Below, piece after piece: positions 29,510 through 45,068 of a stretch of DNA of 64,000 nucleotides (position 1 is the first letter of the stretch; each line of letters opens with the position of its first letter). A program made the position numbers and the translations under genes. The notes under the pieces were generated by a model. The model was not told the origin of the DNA and searched no databases. It saw nothing but the letters and a program-made list of their open reading frames with translations. The stretch covers positions 331,889-395,888 of the forward strand of contig CAWJNJ010000005.1 in assembly GCA_963844245.1 (NCBI GenBank), in the 5' to 3' direction. The stretch is from an uncultured Acidobacteriota bacterium. Its GTDB lineage: Bacteria > Acidobacteriota > Vicinamibacteria > Vicinamibacterales > 2-12-FULL-66-21.

Positions 29510-29534
29510 GGTAGAAACCCCCTAAAACGTTCGA

Positions 29535-29680
29535 AGTGCTACGTGCTACGTGCGATGTGCGGTGCTACGTGCGGTGTGCGAAGTGCTGTGCGACGCGTGG
29601 TGCACATTGCACCGCCCGTCGCCCGTGGACCTTCGCACCGCACGTCGCACCTAGCACGTCGCACCTAGCACGTCGCTGCG
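29535..29680. repeat. GTGCGACGTGC-word long imperfect palindrome between exbB and exbD
   Basis: Left arm of GTGCTACGTGC/GTGCGATGTGC words, centre GGTGCACATTGCACC, right arm GCACGTCGCACCTAGCACGTCGCACCTAGCACGTCGC (tandem 14-mers). Confidence 0.75.
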
Positions 29681-29682
29681 TG

Positions 29683-30363
29683 CTAGGCCGTCTTCTTGAT
29701 GAAGTAGTCGAGCAGTTCCGACGACGAGTTGTCCATCTCGACGTTGAAGTACTCGATGCGGCCGCTCAGGTAGTTGTAGAACCAGACGGCCGGAATGGCG
29801 ACGACGAGCCCCAGCGCCGTTTCGACGAGCGCTTCCGAAATACCGGCCGAGACCGCCGCGAGGCCGCCCGAACCGCTGGCCGCGATGCCCTGGAACGCGT
29901 TGATGATGCCGACGACCGTGCCGAGCAGACCGACGAACGGCGCGGTGGCGCCGATGGTCGCCAGCGACGAGACGCCCTTCTTGAGGTCGTTGGCGGTCAG
30001 CGCCGTCGCCCGCTGAATCGCGCGGCGCACAGTGTCGACGAGATCCTCACGACTCAGGTTGCTGCCGCTTTCCTGCTGGAACTGGTATTCCTGCATCCCC
30101 GCGAGGACCACTTTCGCAAGATGGCTGTAGCGGTAGTTCTTGGACGAAGAAATCGCGATGGCGTCCTTCAGACGGCCGTCCTTCAGGTGCTTCGCCACCT
30201 GGGGCGCGTAGAGCTTCGACTGCTTCCGCGCCTGCGCGAACGTGTAAATCCGTTCGATGGCCACGCCGAAGGAAATCATAGACATGATGACGAGGATGAC
30301 CGCGATTGCTTTCGCGACCCACCCCATCTCAGTCCACATGTGCATCAGATCCATTCCACCCAT
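29683..30363 (-). CDS. exbB: ExbB/TolQ/MotA-family proton channel
   Basis: 226 aa, 3 TM segments. LATIGATAPFVGLLGTVVGIINAF is the family signature. Confidence 0.85.
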   Translation of the reverse strand: MGGMDLMHMWTEMGWVAKAIAVILVIMSMISFGVAIERIYTFAQARKQSKLYAPQVAKHLKDGRLKDAIAISSSKNYRYSHLAKVVLAGMQEYQFQQESGSNLSREDLVDTVRRAIQRATALTANDLKKGVSSLATIGATAPFVGLLGTVVGIINAFQGIAASGSGGLAAVSAGISEALVETALGLVVAIPAVWFYNYLSGRIEYFNVEMDNSSSELLDYFIKKTA

Positions 30364-30416
30364 TCGCCAATCCTCCGCTACTGGTACGAAATCAATGAAT
30401 ACAAAGAGACGAGTCG

Positions 30417-31145
30417 CTATTGCAGCGTGAAGTTCACCGTCACGGTCATGATGACCGGCACGGGAACACCGTTAAGCGTGGTCGGTGTGAACGTCCACTG
30501 CTTGACTGCGTCGAGCGCCGCCTGGTCGAGCAGCGGGATCGATCGCAGAACTTTTGCGTCCTTCACCCGTCCGTCGGCGCCGATGGTCGCTTCGATGATG
30601 ACCATGCCGGCGACGCGCGCTGACTGCGCGATCGGGGGGTAAACAGGACTGACGTGTTTGATCTTGCTCGGCGTCTTGATGTTGCCGCCGACGCGCACGG
30701 GCGCGGTGGGTGGCGGCGGCGGCGGTGGCGGCGCGCTCGGCAGCCCGCCGACGACACCACCGAGGACACCACCGGGAACGCCGCCCTCAACGCCACCGGG
30801 GACACCCTCGGCGACGCCTGCAGTGCTCGGCGCTTCCTGAATGATTTCCTTGGGGGCTTCGACCGGCGCCGCATTCGGGTTTGACACCGGCGTCGGGGTG
30901 GTCTCAGTCCTCGCCGCAGCAGGAGCGGGCGGCGGGGGCGGGGGTGGCGGGGGCGGCGGTGGTGCACCGACGAACGCCATCATCGTTGGGGGCGTCGGGA
31001 GGACGTCGGTCGCCATCAACGGGATGATGATCACGGCCCCGAAGAGCACAACGTGAGCAAAGATCGAAACCGGGACTGTATACCACGCCTGCGAGCCGAG
31101 CTTTACCGTCGGATTGGCTACGTCGCCGAACATGTCACGCGGCAC
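30417..31145 (-). CDS. tonB: TonB-family energy transducer
   Basis: GTG start with GGAGGG SD. N-terminal TM, long Pro-rich spacer ([15 protein letters not shown]), and C-terminal TonB domain ([26 protein letters not shown]...[16 protein letters not shown]). Confidence 0.85.
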   Translation of the reverse strand: MPRDMFGDVANPTVKLGSQAWYTVPVSIFAHVVLFGAVIIIPLMATDVLPTPPTMMAFVGAPPPPPPPPPPPPAPAAARTETTPTPVSNPNAAPVEAPKEIIQEAPSTAGVAEGVPGGVEGGVPGGVLGGVVGGLPSAPPPPPPPPTAPVRVGGNIKTPSKIKHVSPVYPPIAQSARVAGMVIIEATIGADGRVKDAKVLRSIPLLDQAALDAVKQWTFTPTTLNGVPVPVIMTVTVNFTLQ

Positions 31146-31187
31146 GGGTCACCCTCCAAGCTTTCACTGTGCGGTGCAAGACCGCAG

Positions 31188-31217
31188 ATTATAGTCAGAG
31201 CCAAAAACCAGTGTCAA
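31188..31217 (-). promoter_or_regulatory. near-consensus sigma70-type promoter of the tonB-exbB-exbD-exbD operon
   Basis: Minus strand reads TTGACA-N18-TATAAT, about 40 nt upstream of the tonB GTG. A 7-bp hairpin CTGCGGT..ACCGCAG lies in the leader. Confidence 0.6.
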
Positions 31218-31326
31218 CGAAGGCTCTCTGGACTTTAGACACCGGTTTTCGGAAAACGGCTCCACCGTATGTGCGTGCAAGGAGCACACCGCCGCCACCA
31301 TCGTGGCTGAGCTGCCTTGTTCACAC

Positions 31327-33405
<2,079 letters not shown>

Positions 33406-33516
33406 CAGGAAATTGGCTGACGCGTAACTGTCAGGACGGCAAAGTGGGGGCCGAAGCACCCCCGAAGCGCAACTCTGACCATGCGATACGATGCAGGCGA
33501 GCTTTTCAACCGGCCT

Positions 33517-36024
<2,508 letters not shown>

Positions 36025-36043
36025 TGCTCTCCTCCGTCGTTGC

Positions 36044-36668
36044 CTATACTCGAAAATCGCCGACGCGGTCAGTACCGTGCCGGGCGCGAATGCGGCCGGG
36101 CAATGCCATGCCGCCTGTCAGAAAGATCCGTATGCCCTGCTCGACCGTGATGTCGGGATATGACGCCTTGTCACGGTGACAGATGATCACGTCGCCAAGA
36201 TACAGGTGGTTGGTTGGCACGTACACCGCCACCATCGGCTCGACGCCGCTGCCACTCTCCATCATGAATTCCTTGGTCAGGAATCCCAGGAGGAAGCCGC
36301 GGGTCGGATCCTCGACGAGCACGACCCGCTTGAAGCCGGTACTCGTTGTCGGGTGAGAAGGCTACTACAAGCTGCTTCACCGGTGCATAAATCGTGCGGA
36401 AGACCGGCACCCGCAGCAGGTAGCTCTCGGCTCGCTGCAGCACCCGCTTGCCGATCACGTTGGTGGCGAGCGCGCCCACCACCAGCACGAGCAGCGCCGT
36501 GGCCACGATCCCCACCCCCGGCACCGCGCGCCCGAACCACTCCGCATACCACGGCCCGACCAGGCCGTCGATCAGCCTGAAGATCCAGACCAGCGCCGCC
36601 ACACTGACGACGAGCGGGACCATGACGATGAATCCCGCCAGAAAGCGCCGGCGCAGCCACTGGACCAT
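36044..36668 (-). CDS. DUF502-family membrane protein, frame broken by one extra nucleotide at about 36338
   Basis: N-terminal ORF (36171..36668) ends its homology at ...VVAFSPDNEY. It continues in ORF 36044..36322 as GFKRVVLVEDPTRGFLLGFLTKE. Junction reads gag tac C ggc ttc. Confidence 0.7.
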
Positions 36669-36671
36669 CGC

Positions 36672-37484
36672 TCAGTGCCGCAGCAGCCAGAACACGGTGA
36701 TCGTGGCCAGGATCAGCCGGTAGCCGGCGAAAATATCGAGACGGTTGCCGGCCAGGAACCGCAGGAAAAACTTGATCGTCACGTAGCCGACCAGCGCCGA
36801 GACGACGACTCCTACAACAATCAGCGAGAGACTGCCGTCCGGCAGCGGCATCTTCATTAGTTCGAGCGACTCCTTCGCGGCGGCCGCCAGCATGGCCGGG
36901 ATCGCCAGGAGGAACGTGAACCGGGCCGCCGCATCCCGGCGCATGCCCAGGATCAGCCCCATCGTGATCGTGGACCCCGATCGAGACATCCCCGGGATCA
37001 GCGCCGCCGACTGCGCGACGCCGATGAGCAGTGCATCACGCCAGCTCAGGGTCTCTTCGGTCCTGGTCTGTGGCCCCAGCCGCTCGGCAACCAGCATCAG
37101 TACGGCGCCGGTGGCCAGCGCGCCGGCCGCAACCGCCGGCGTCCGCAGCACGTTCTCGATGTAGTCGCTGAAGAGCACCACGACGATGACGACGGGGATC
37201 GTGCCGATGACGATCATCCGCGCCAGCTGTGCGGACGGGTCGGGCTGTGGCGACAGGATGCGCGGCACCGCCCGGATCATCCCGAGGATCTCGGCGTGGA
37301 AGAACGTCATGATCGCCGCCAGCGTGCCGACGTGGAGCGCCACGTCGAACGCCAAGGCGAATGCGGGCTCGAGCTCCCAGCCAAAAAACGCGCGCGCCAG
37401 GATCAGGTGCGCCGAACTCGAGACCGGCAGGAACTCCGTGAAGCCCTGGATGGCCCCGAGCAGGATGGCGGCAGTGAGACTCAC
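36672..37484 (-). CDS. uppP: undecaprenyl-diphosphate phosphatase
   Basis: 270 aa. GFTEFLPVSSSAHL and PGMSRSGSTI are BacA/UppP motifs. Confidence 0.9.
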   Translation of the reverse strand: MSLTAAILLGAIQGFTEFLPVSSSAHLILARAFFGWELEPAFALAFDVALHVGTLAAIMTFFHAEILGMIRAVPRILSPQPDPSAQLARMIVIGTIPVVIVVVLFSDYIENVLRTPAVAAGALATGAVLMLVAERLGPQTRTEETLSWRDALLIGVAQSAALIPGMSRSGSTITMGLILGMRRDAAARFTFLLAIPAMLAAAAKESLELMKMPLPDGSLSLIVVGVVVSALVGYVTIKFFLRFLAGNRLDIFAGYRLILATITVFWLLRH

Positions 37485-37499
37485 GCGGGCAGCAAGCGG

Positions 37500-38492
37500 C
37501 TACGAAACTTTCTTGCGCTTGCTGGGCCGCGTCGAACCGGATGCGGCCGCCGGCGTCGTCGCGGGGGCCGACGCACCGGTCACCATCTGGCCCTTGAGCG
37601 GCTTGCGCCCCTGCAGGACGATCGCGATCGCCGAGGCGATGAACACGGTCGAGTAGGTGCCGCTGATGATGCCGACGAGCATCGTGAACGCGAACCCCTC
37701 GAGAACTTCGCCACCGAACAGATAGAGCGCCAGGACGCTGAGCGCCGTGGTTCCGGCGGTGATTACCGTGCGCGACAGCGTCTGGTTGACCGCGGTGTTG
37801 ACGATGGTGGACAGGCTTTCGCGACGCATGCCGCGCATGTTTTCGCGGACCCGGTCGAAGATGACGATCGTGTCGTTGACCGAGTAACCGGTAATGGTCA
37901 GGAGCCCCGCGACTACGTTGAGCGTCAGGTCGTAGCGGAAGAAGGCGAGGAACGCGATACAGACCAGCAGGTCGTGCAGCGTCGCCACGACAGCGCCAAC
38001 CGCGAACGAAAACTGGAACCGCAGCGCGATGTAGGCCAGGATGCCGGCCATCGCCAGCACGGTCGCCCAGACGCCCTGCTTGCGCAGCTGCTCGCCGACC
38101 ACTGGACCGACGATCGAGGTCTTGACCGGCTTGTCGTCGAAGGTGCCGACGTTGGCGCCCTTGAGCGTGGTGATGATCTGATCCGCTTCGTTACTGAGAT
38201 TGCCGCCGCTCTCGGCGCCCACCCGCTTGACGCGAACCAGAACGTCACGGTTCTCGGGTTGCCCGTAGTGCTGCACCGTCGCGTCGCCGCCGAGCGCCCC
38301 GGTGATCCGATTGAGGTCGGGCGTCTCGGCGAACTTGAGGATGACGATCGTGCCGCCCTCGAAGTCGACGCCTTTTTGAAGCCCGCGGGTGCCGATCATG
38401 AACATCCCGGCGCCGATGACCAGCGCCGACAGCGCCAGGGCGTGCCAGCGCCAGCGGATGAAATCGAAATTCGGAGTTTTGAAAATCTGCAT
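37500..38492 (-). CDS. secF: protein translocase subunit SecF
   Basis: 330 aa. GYSVNDTIVIFDRVREN, downstream of secD. Confidence 0.9.
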   Translation of the reverse strand: MQIFKTPNFDFIRWRWHALALSALVIGAGMFMIGTRGLQKGVDFEGGTIVILKFAETPDLNRITGALGGDATVQHYGQPENRDVLVRVKRVGAESGGNLSNEADQIITTLKGANVGTFDDKPVKTSIVGPVVGEQLRKQGVWATVLAMAGILAYIALRFQFSFAVGAVVATLHDLLVCIAFLAFFRYDLTLNVVAGLLTITGYSVNDTIVIFDRVRENMRGMRRESLSTIVNTAVNQTLSRTVITAGTTALSVLALYLFGGEVLEGFAFTMLVGIISGTYSTVFIASAIAIVLQGRKPLKGQMVTGASAPATTPAAASGSTRPSKRKKVS

Positions 38493-38502
38493 TGAGGTCG
38501 AC

Positions 38503-40107
38503 CTAGATGCTGATCGTCTTCGACGCAGCCGGGCGGCGGTTGAGGGCCAGCTCGAACAACGTCTTGGACACGAAAATGGAGGTGAAGAGGTTCGTGAGCA
38601 GACCGATCGTCAAGGTCACAGCGAACCCGCGGATCGGACCGGTGCCGAATTGGAAGAGGAACCCCGCGGCGATCAGCGACGCCACGTGCGTGTCGAGCAA
38701 GGTCAGGAACACCCGGTCGAAGCTGGCCTTGATGGCGGCACGGGCCCCGCGCTGCCCCGCCAGTTCCTCCTTGATGCGCTCGAAGATCAGAACGTTGGAG
38801 TCGACGCCCATGCCCATCGTCAGGATGAACCCGGCGATCCCCGGCAGCGTCATGGCGGCGCCGAAGTAGGCCATGAAGCCGAGCAGGATCACGAGGTTGA
38901 ACACCATCGCGACGATCGCATTGATGCCCGACAGCTTGTAATACGCCAGCATGAAGACCACCACGAAGGCCAGGCCCATCAGGGACGCGAGGACACCGGC
39001 CCGCACCGAGTCAGCGCCCAGGCTGGGACCGATGGTTTCCTGTTCCAGGTAACTCATCGAGGCCGGCAATGCGCCGGACCGCAGCACGAGCGAGAGATCG
39101 TTGACTTCGTCTGACGTGAAGCTGCCCGTGATCCGGCCCTCGTCGGTGATCCGGCCCTCGATGCGTGGCGCCGACTGCACCCGCCCGTCGAGGATGATGG
39201 CGAGCATCCGGTTGATGTTCTCGCCGGTGACCTTGCCGAACTTGCGGGCGCCGTCACTGGTCAGCAGGAAGCGGACCGCCGGACGGTTGTTCTCGTCGAT
39301 GGTCGGCGAGGCGCCGCGAAGATCGGCGCCGGTCACCGCGGCGATCTTTCGCACCAGGTAAAATTCGGTCCCCAACTGCGCGCCCGCGGCGCCGGAGACG
39401 ACTTCCATGTCGGCCGGGACCTGGCCGCCGTGAGCCTGGAGCAGGGCTTCCTGTGTCGGCGCCGGACCCGACTCCACGATCTTCAGCTCGAGGAAGGCCA
39501 TCTTGCCGATGATGTCCTTGGCCCGCTCGACCTCGGTCACGCCGGGGAGCTCCACCATGATCTGATCGTTCGACTGGCCGTAGCGCGAGATGTTCGGCTC
39601 GGCCACGCCGAGCGCGTTGACGCGCCGGTCGATCGTCTCGAGGGCCTGCACGACGGTCTGCTCGCGCATGTCACTCTCGACGTCGCGCTTCAGCGTGAAC
39701 GTGTAGCTGCCGCCAGGGTTGGAGGCGCGGTCGAAACTGGTCGACAGCTGGTCGTCGGCAGCGCGGCGGAATTCCGCGTCCCGTTCGCCCGGCACGCCGT
39801 CGACTTTGAAGGACGTCTCGGACGCGACCGTGATGGCGCCAACCGTGACCCCGGCCTCCTGCAGCGTTTCGCGCAGCTGGTCGCTCGAGGTCGTGCTGAA
39901 GGCGCGCAGCGCATCGCCGGTGTGGACCCGCAGAACGAGATGGACGCCACCCTTGAGATCGAGCCCGAGCTTCAACTGCTTCGCCAGCAGCCAGCCGGGT
40001 GCAGGCAGCCCGTATCGCTGCGCCAGGATCGGATAGACCCCGAGCGCGAAGAAGCTAATGAAGACAACGGCGATGGTGATAACTTTCCAGCGAAGATTCT
40101 TGGTCAT
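38503..40107 (-). CDS. secD: protein translocase subunit SecD
   Basis: 534 aa. LGLDLKGGVHLVL, TLPGIAGFILTMGMGVDSNVLIFERIKEE. Confidence 0.9.
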   Translation of the reverse strand: MTKNLRWKVITIAVVFISFFALGVYPILAQRYGLPAPGWLLAKQLKLGLDLKGGVHLVLRVHTGDALRAFSTTSSDQLRETLQEAGVTVGAITVASETSFKVDGVPGERDAEFRRAADDQLSTSFDRASNPGGSYTFTLKRDVESDMREQTVVQALETIDRRVNALGVAEPNISRYGQSNDQIMVELPGVTEVERAKDIIGKMAFLELKIVESGPAPTQEALLQAHGGQVPADMEVVSGAAGAQLGTEFYLVRKIAAVTGADLRGASPTIDENNRPAVRFLLTSDGARKFGKVTGENINRMLAIILDGRVQSAPRIEGRITDEGRITGSFTSDEVNDLSLVLRSGALPASMSYLEQETIGPSLGADSVRAGVLASLMGLAFVVVFMLAYYKLSGINAIVAMVFNLVILLGFMAYFGAAMTLPGIAGFILTMGMGVDSNVLIFERIKEELAGQRGARAAIKASFDRVFLTLLDTHVASLIAAGFLFQFGTGPIRGFAVTLTIGLLTNLFTSIFVSKTLFELALNRRPAASKTISI

Positions 40108-40110
40108 GAT

Positions 40111-40452
40111 TTAGGAATTACCCGAGTCCTGCACCACCAGATCCTGGCCCTGGTAGCCGGCCACCGCGGCACGCGACAGCTCGATCCGTACGCGATCCGC
40201 GATCTCCACCTGCAGGGTATTGTCGGTGACGCGGGTGATCTTGCCGTACATCCCGCCGGTGGTGACAATCTTGTCACCCACCTTGAGATTCTCCTGAAAC
40301 TCCTGAATTTTCTTCTGCCGGCGCTTCATCGGCAAGAGGATCAGGAAATAAAAAATGCCCAGGATGATGGCAAACGGGAGAAAGGTGCTGAACGCCTGAA
40401 CTCCCCCGGGCGGAGTCATGGCGAAGACTAACGATTCGTTCACGAAATACAT
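40111..40452 (-). CDS. yajC: preprotein translocase subunit YajC
   Basis: FYFLILLPMKRRQKKIQEFQENLKVGDKIVTTGGMYGKI. The start may instead be the Met at 40419. Confidence 0.85.
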   Translation of the reverse strand: MYFVNESLVFAMTPPGGVQAFSTFLPFAIILGIFYFLILLPMKRRQKKIQEFQENLKVGDKIVTTGGMYGKITRVTDNTLQVEIADRVRIELSRAAVAGYQGQDLVVQDSGNS

Positions 40453-40454
40453 CT

Positions 40455-41606
<1,152 letters not shown>

Positions 41607-41653
41607 TCGTCACCAGCATACCGGCCCGGCGTCATGCGCGGTATCCTGATGGC

Positions 41654-42817
41654 GTGAAACGTTTGCGCGTTGGCGTGTTGTATGGCGGCCGGTCCGGTGA
41701 GCACGAAGTGTCACTGGCTTCAGCCGCAGCGGTGTTTGCTCACCTCGATCGCACCCGCTACGAACCAGTTCCCATACGGATCGAGAAGGACGGTCGCTGG
41801 AGCATCGCGGAACGGCCGCCCGCGACCATGTCGGCCGGCGAGGTGATCGAGCAATCGCGGCTCGAAGCGCACCGGCCACCCCGGGCCGGCCGGGAGGTCC
41901 ACCTCGTGGCTCACCCGAGCGAAGAAACGATCCTGTCGATCGACCGCCCGCGGGCGTTGCGTGGAGACGACGGCACGCACGCGCTGGTGACGGGCCTGAA
42001 CCTCGACGTGATCTTTCCCGTGCTGCACGGACCGTTCGGTGAAGACGGCACCATCCAAGGCCTGCTCGAGCTCGCGAACGTCCCCTACGTCGGCGCCGGC
42101 GTTCTTGCCTCGGCGGTCGGGATGGACAAGGGCATGATGAAAGTCGTGTTCGCGGCCCATGGGCTGCCGGTCTGCCCCTACTCTGTCATCCGCGCCCATG
42201 ACTGGGAGTCGGGCCGCGCCGCGATCATGGCCGATCTCGAGAGCACGCTCGGATTTCCGATGTTCGTCAAGCCGGCGAATCTCGGCTCGAGCGTCGGCAT
42301 CTCCAAGGCCAAGGACGCCACGTCGCTGGCCGAGGCGATCGACCTCGCCCGCAGCTACGATCGCCGCATCATCGTCGAAGCGGCCGTGCCGGATGCCAGG
42401 GAGATCGAGTGTGCCGTCATCGGCAATGACAATCCGGAAGCGTCCGTACCCGGAGAAGTCATCCCGGCCCGTGAGTTCTACGACTACGAGGCGAAATATA
42501 TCGACGGGGCGTCGCAGACGGTCATCCCGGCCGACCTCCCGGCCGCGACCGCGGCCGACGTTCGCCGGATGTCGATCGAGGCGTTCCGCTGCATCGATTG
42601 CGCCGGCATGGCGCGGGTCGACTTCCTGCTGTCGCGGCAGGACGGTGCCCTCTTCGTCAACGAGGTGAACACGATCCCGGGGTTCACGACGATCAGCATG
42701 TACTCCAAGATGTGGACGGCAAGCGGCGTCGAGTACCCGGCCCTGCTCGATCGGCTGATCGCTCTGGCGCTCGAGCGCCACGCCGCCCGGCAGCAACTGC
42801 GCACCAGCGTCACATGA
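41654..42817 (+). CDS. ddl: D-alanine--D-alanine ligase
   Basis: GTG start. VGVLYGGRSGEHEVSL, HGPFGEDGTIQGLLE, FVKPANLGSSVGISK, NEVNTIPGFT. Confidence 0.9.
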   Translation: MKRLRVGVLYGGRSGEHEVSLASAAAVFAHLDRTRYEPVPIRIEKDGRWSIAERPPATMSAGEVIEQSRLEAHRPPRAGREVHLVAHPSEETILSIDRPRALRGDDGTHALVTGLNLDVIFPVLHGPFGEDGTIQGLLELANVPYVGAGVLASAVGMDKGMMKVVFAAHGLPVCPYSVIRAHDWESGRAAIMADLESTLGFPMFVKPANLGSSVGISKAKDATSLAEAIDLARSYDRRIIVEAAVPDAREIECAVIGNDNPEASVPGEVIPAREFYDYEAKYIDGASQTVIPADLPAATAADVRRMSIEAFRCIDCAGMARVDFLLSRQDGALFVNEVNTIPGFTTISMYSKMWTASGVEYPALLDRLIALALERHAARQQLRTSVT

Positions 42818-44368
42818 AACTCGCCGCGAGCGCGGTCGCCGCGGCGCTGTGCATCACGATGATCACCGGGTCGGCAGCGCCCGCGTCGAGGCAACTGCGC
42901 GGCGCCGAGGGTCTGGTCCGCGCCTACGATTTCATACTCGACGCCCGCTTCGACCAGGTCGAGCCTGAACTCCGTAAGGCCTGTGGACCTGCGCCGCGCG
43001 AGGCCTGCGACGTGCTCGCGGCAACGGCCCTCTGGTGGCGCATTCAACTCGACCCCGACAGCACCGCGCTCGATCTCGAGTTCTCCACGCTCGTGGACCG
43101 GGCCATCGCGTCCACCGAGGCGTGGGCGGAACGCGCCCCGAATGATGCGGAAGCCTGGTTCTACATGGGCGGAGCGTATGCCGCCCGGGTGCAGTGGCGT
43201 GTGTTGCGGGACGAGAAGCTTTCTGCGGCCCGCGACGGCAAACGCATCCTGGAGGCGCTCGAGGAATCAATCCGACTGGATCCGACGCTGGATGACGCGT
43301 ACTTCGGAATGGGGATGTACAAGTACCTACGCCGATGTCGCACCAACGGCGGCGAAGATGCTCCGCTTCCTCCTGCTGCTGCCGGGTGGCGACCGCAAGG
43401 TCGGGCTCGAGCAGATGCGGCGCGCCAGGGCGAGGGGACGTCTACTGCAAGGAGAGGCTGACTATCAGCTCTCGATCATCTATCTCTGGTACGAGAATCA
43501 GACCCCGCACGCCATCAACCTTCTCCAGGCGCTGCACGAGCAATATCCGGGCAACCCGCTCTTCCTCTCACAGATTGCCCATATCCAGGACGCCTACCAG
43601 CACGACATCACCGCCAGCCTCGCCACCTGGCGCACGCTGCTGGCGTCGGCGCGCGAGCAGCGCGCCAACCTGCCCACACTGGCCGAGACACAGTCACGGC
43701 TCGGGATGGCGCGGATGCTCGAGGGACTGCATCAGACCGACGACGCGATCGAGCAGCTGCAGGCCGTGATCGCGCGGCGACCGGAGGCGCCATTCGGCTC
43801 GATGGCCCTGGCCTATCTGCGTCTCGGCGAAGCGCACGACCGGCTCGGCGCCCGTGCGCAGGCGGTCGAGGCCTACGCGGCGGCGCAGAGGCTCGCACCC
43901 GCAGAGGATCCGCACGAAGTGCGTTCGGCGGCCGCTGAGCATCTGCGACGCGCGCCAGACGTCCGGGCGGCTGAGGCGTATCGGCACTCACTCGACGGCT
44001 GGCGGCTCTTCGAGAAGAACGACCTTCCTGGCGCCGCCGCTGCACTCGAACGATCCCTCGTGCTCAACAGCAACGCGCCGGTCGCGCGCTATCGCCTCGG
44101 TCGCGTGATGCAGGCCATGAAGCAGGACCCCGCCGCGCTGGTGCAATTCGAGATGGCGATCCGCCAGGCCAAGCACGCCCCCGCTCCGATTCTCGGCAAC
44201 GCATATCTCGAGGGCGCGCGACTCCTCGAGCGCGCCGGCAAACGTGACGCGGCCCTCTCGTATTACCGCATCGCCTCGTCGCTCTTCGGCGCCGCCAGCG
44301 ACACGCGAGCGGCAGCCACACGCTCGATCACACGCCTTCGCAGCGGCGACGCGCGCACGCCGCGCTGA
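42814..44368 (+). CDS. secreted TPR-like repeat protein, frame broken by one extra nucleotide at about 43327
   Basis: ATG overlaps the ddl stop (ATGA). Signal peptide MKLAASAVAAALCITMITGSAAPA. ORF 42598..43461 is homologous up to GMGMYKY, then ORF 42983..44368 continues as YADVAPTAAKMLRFLLLLPGG. Junction reads aag tac C tac gcc. Confidence 0.65.
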
Positions 44369-44475
44369 CCTCCTCACACTTCCGTCACCGCGCGATCACT
44401 TCCGTCATCGCGATCACTCGCCGCGCAACGCACTCACACATTTCAACGCTGCAATGCACGCGACGACGTCGACGT

Positions 44476-44548
44476 CAGCACTGAATTGCATCGAGTGACC
44501 GCGAGTGCAGCACTGAAGCGCATCGAAGACATCAGCTTCAGCACTGTA
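44476..44548 (+). repeat. three phased CAGCACTG(A/T)A boxes (31-32 bp spacing) upstream of the micro-ORF promoter
   Basis: Boxes at 44476-44485, 44508-44517 and 44539-44548. Units 1 and 2 also share a GCATCGA extension; unit 3 has a diverged version (GATGCGC). Confidence 0.6.
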
Positions 44549-44636
44549 GTGATGCGCGCATCGCACCGACAACATGGGTGATGAAAAAAATCGGATGTCG
44601 AGCGGTTCGATTTTTGACTTTTCATGCACTTTGTGC

Positions 44637-44664
44637 TTGACAGTCTGATTTTCTCATCCATAAT
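44637..44664 (+). promoter_or_regulatory. candidate sigma70-type promoter for micro-ORF 1
   Basis: TTGACA (44637-44642), 16-nt spacer, CATAAT (44659-44664), in a locally AT-richer stretch. Confidence 0.6.
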
Positions 44665-44757
44665 CTACATCTTGTATGAGGGTGGAGTGCTCAGCCCACC
44701 TGTTGTAACCCTCGGTCACCGGTCACAAGCTGAGCTGCCTAATTCCAAGGAGGAATA

Positions 44758-44814
44758 ATGGCGAAGAAGACTGCAAAAAAGGGCGGCGCTAAAAAGGGCG
44801 GGAAGAAGCGCTAA
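44758..44814 (+). CDS. micro-ORF 1: 18-aa polybasic peptide MAKKTAKKGGAKKGGKKR
   Basis: AAGGAGGA SD at 44747-44754, ATG at 44758, TAA at 44812-44814. An intrinsic terminator follows 17 nt later. Paralogous to micro-ORF 2, with only synonymous differences. Confidence 0.65.
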   Translation: MAKKTAKKGGAKKGGKKR

Positions 44815-44831
44815 AGCCGCCTTGCCGGTCC

Positions 44832-44862
44832 GGGGGTGTCGCGAGTGACACCCCCTTTTCTT
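44832..44862 (+). terminator. intrinsic terminator of micro-ORF 1
   Basis: GGGGGTGTC-GCGAGT-GACACCCCC followed by TTTTCTT. Confidence 0.8.
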
Positions 44863-45068
44863 GGATGCTGACCTTCCGCACACGCGCGGGAGTCGAGACG
44901 CGGCCCGCGCGCATCACGCACGAGGGACGCCAGTAGAGCGGGGCCTAGGGATCCCGCCGATCAGCGAGACGCGAGAGCGCTGACAGCGCAGGCCGGCGCG
45001 CCGGTAGGCCGCGGCGCTGCAATGCGGTGAGGCTCATCGCAAACCCACAACGAAGGGGGGGATAAAGC

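Noticed and set aside
29535-29680. Tandem short repeats as a CRISPR array.
   Set aside because: The units are 11-14 nt words with no unique spacers, arranged as two complementary arms of one palindrome. No cas genes are present in the window.
29536-30642. 368-aa plus-strand ORF starting in the repeat element.
   Set aside because: It begins inside the palindromic repeat (Cys/Arg-rich translation) and then runs antisense through exbB and into tonB. No motifs are recognisable.
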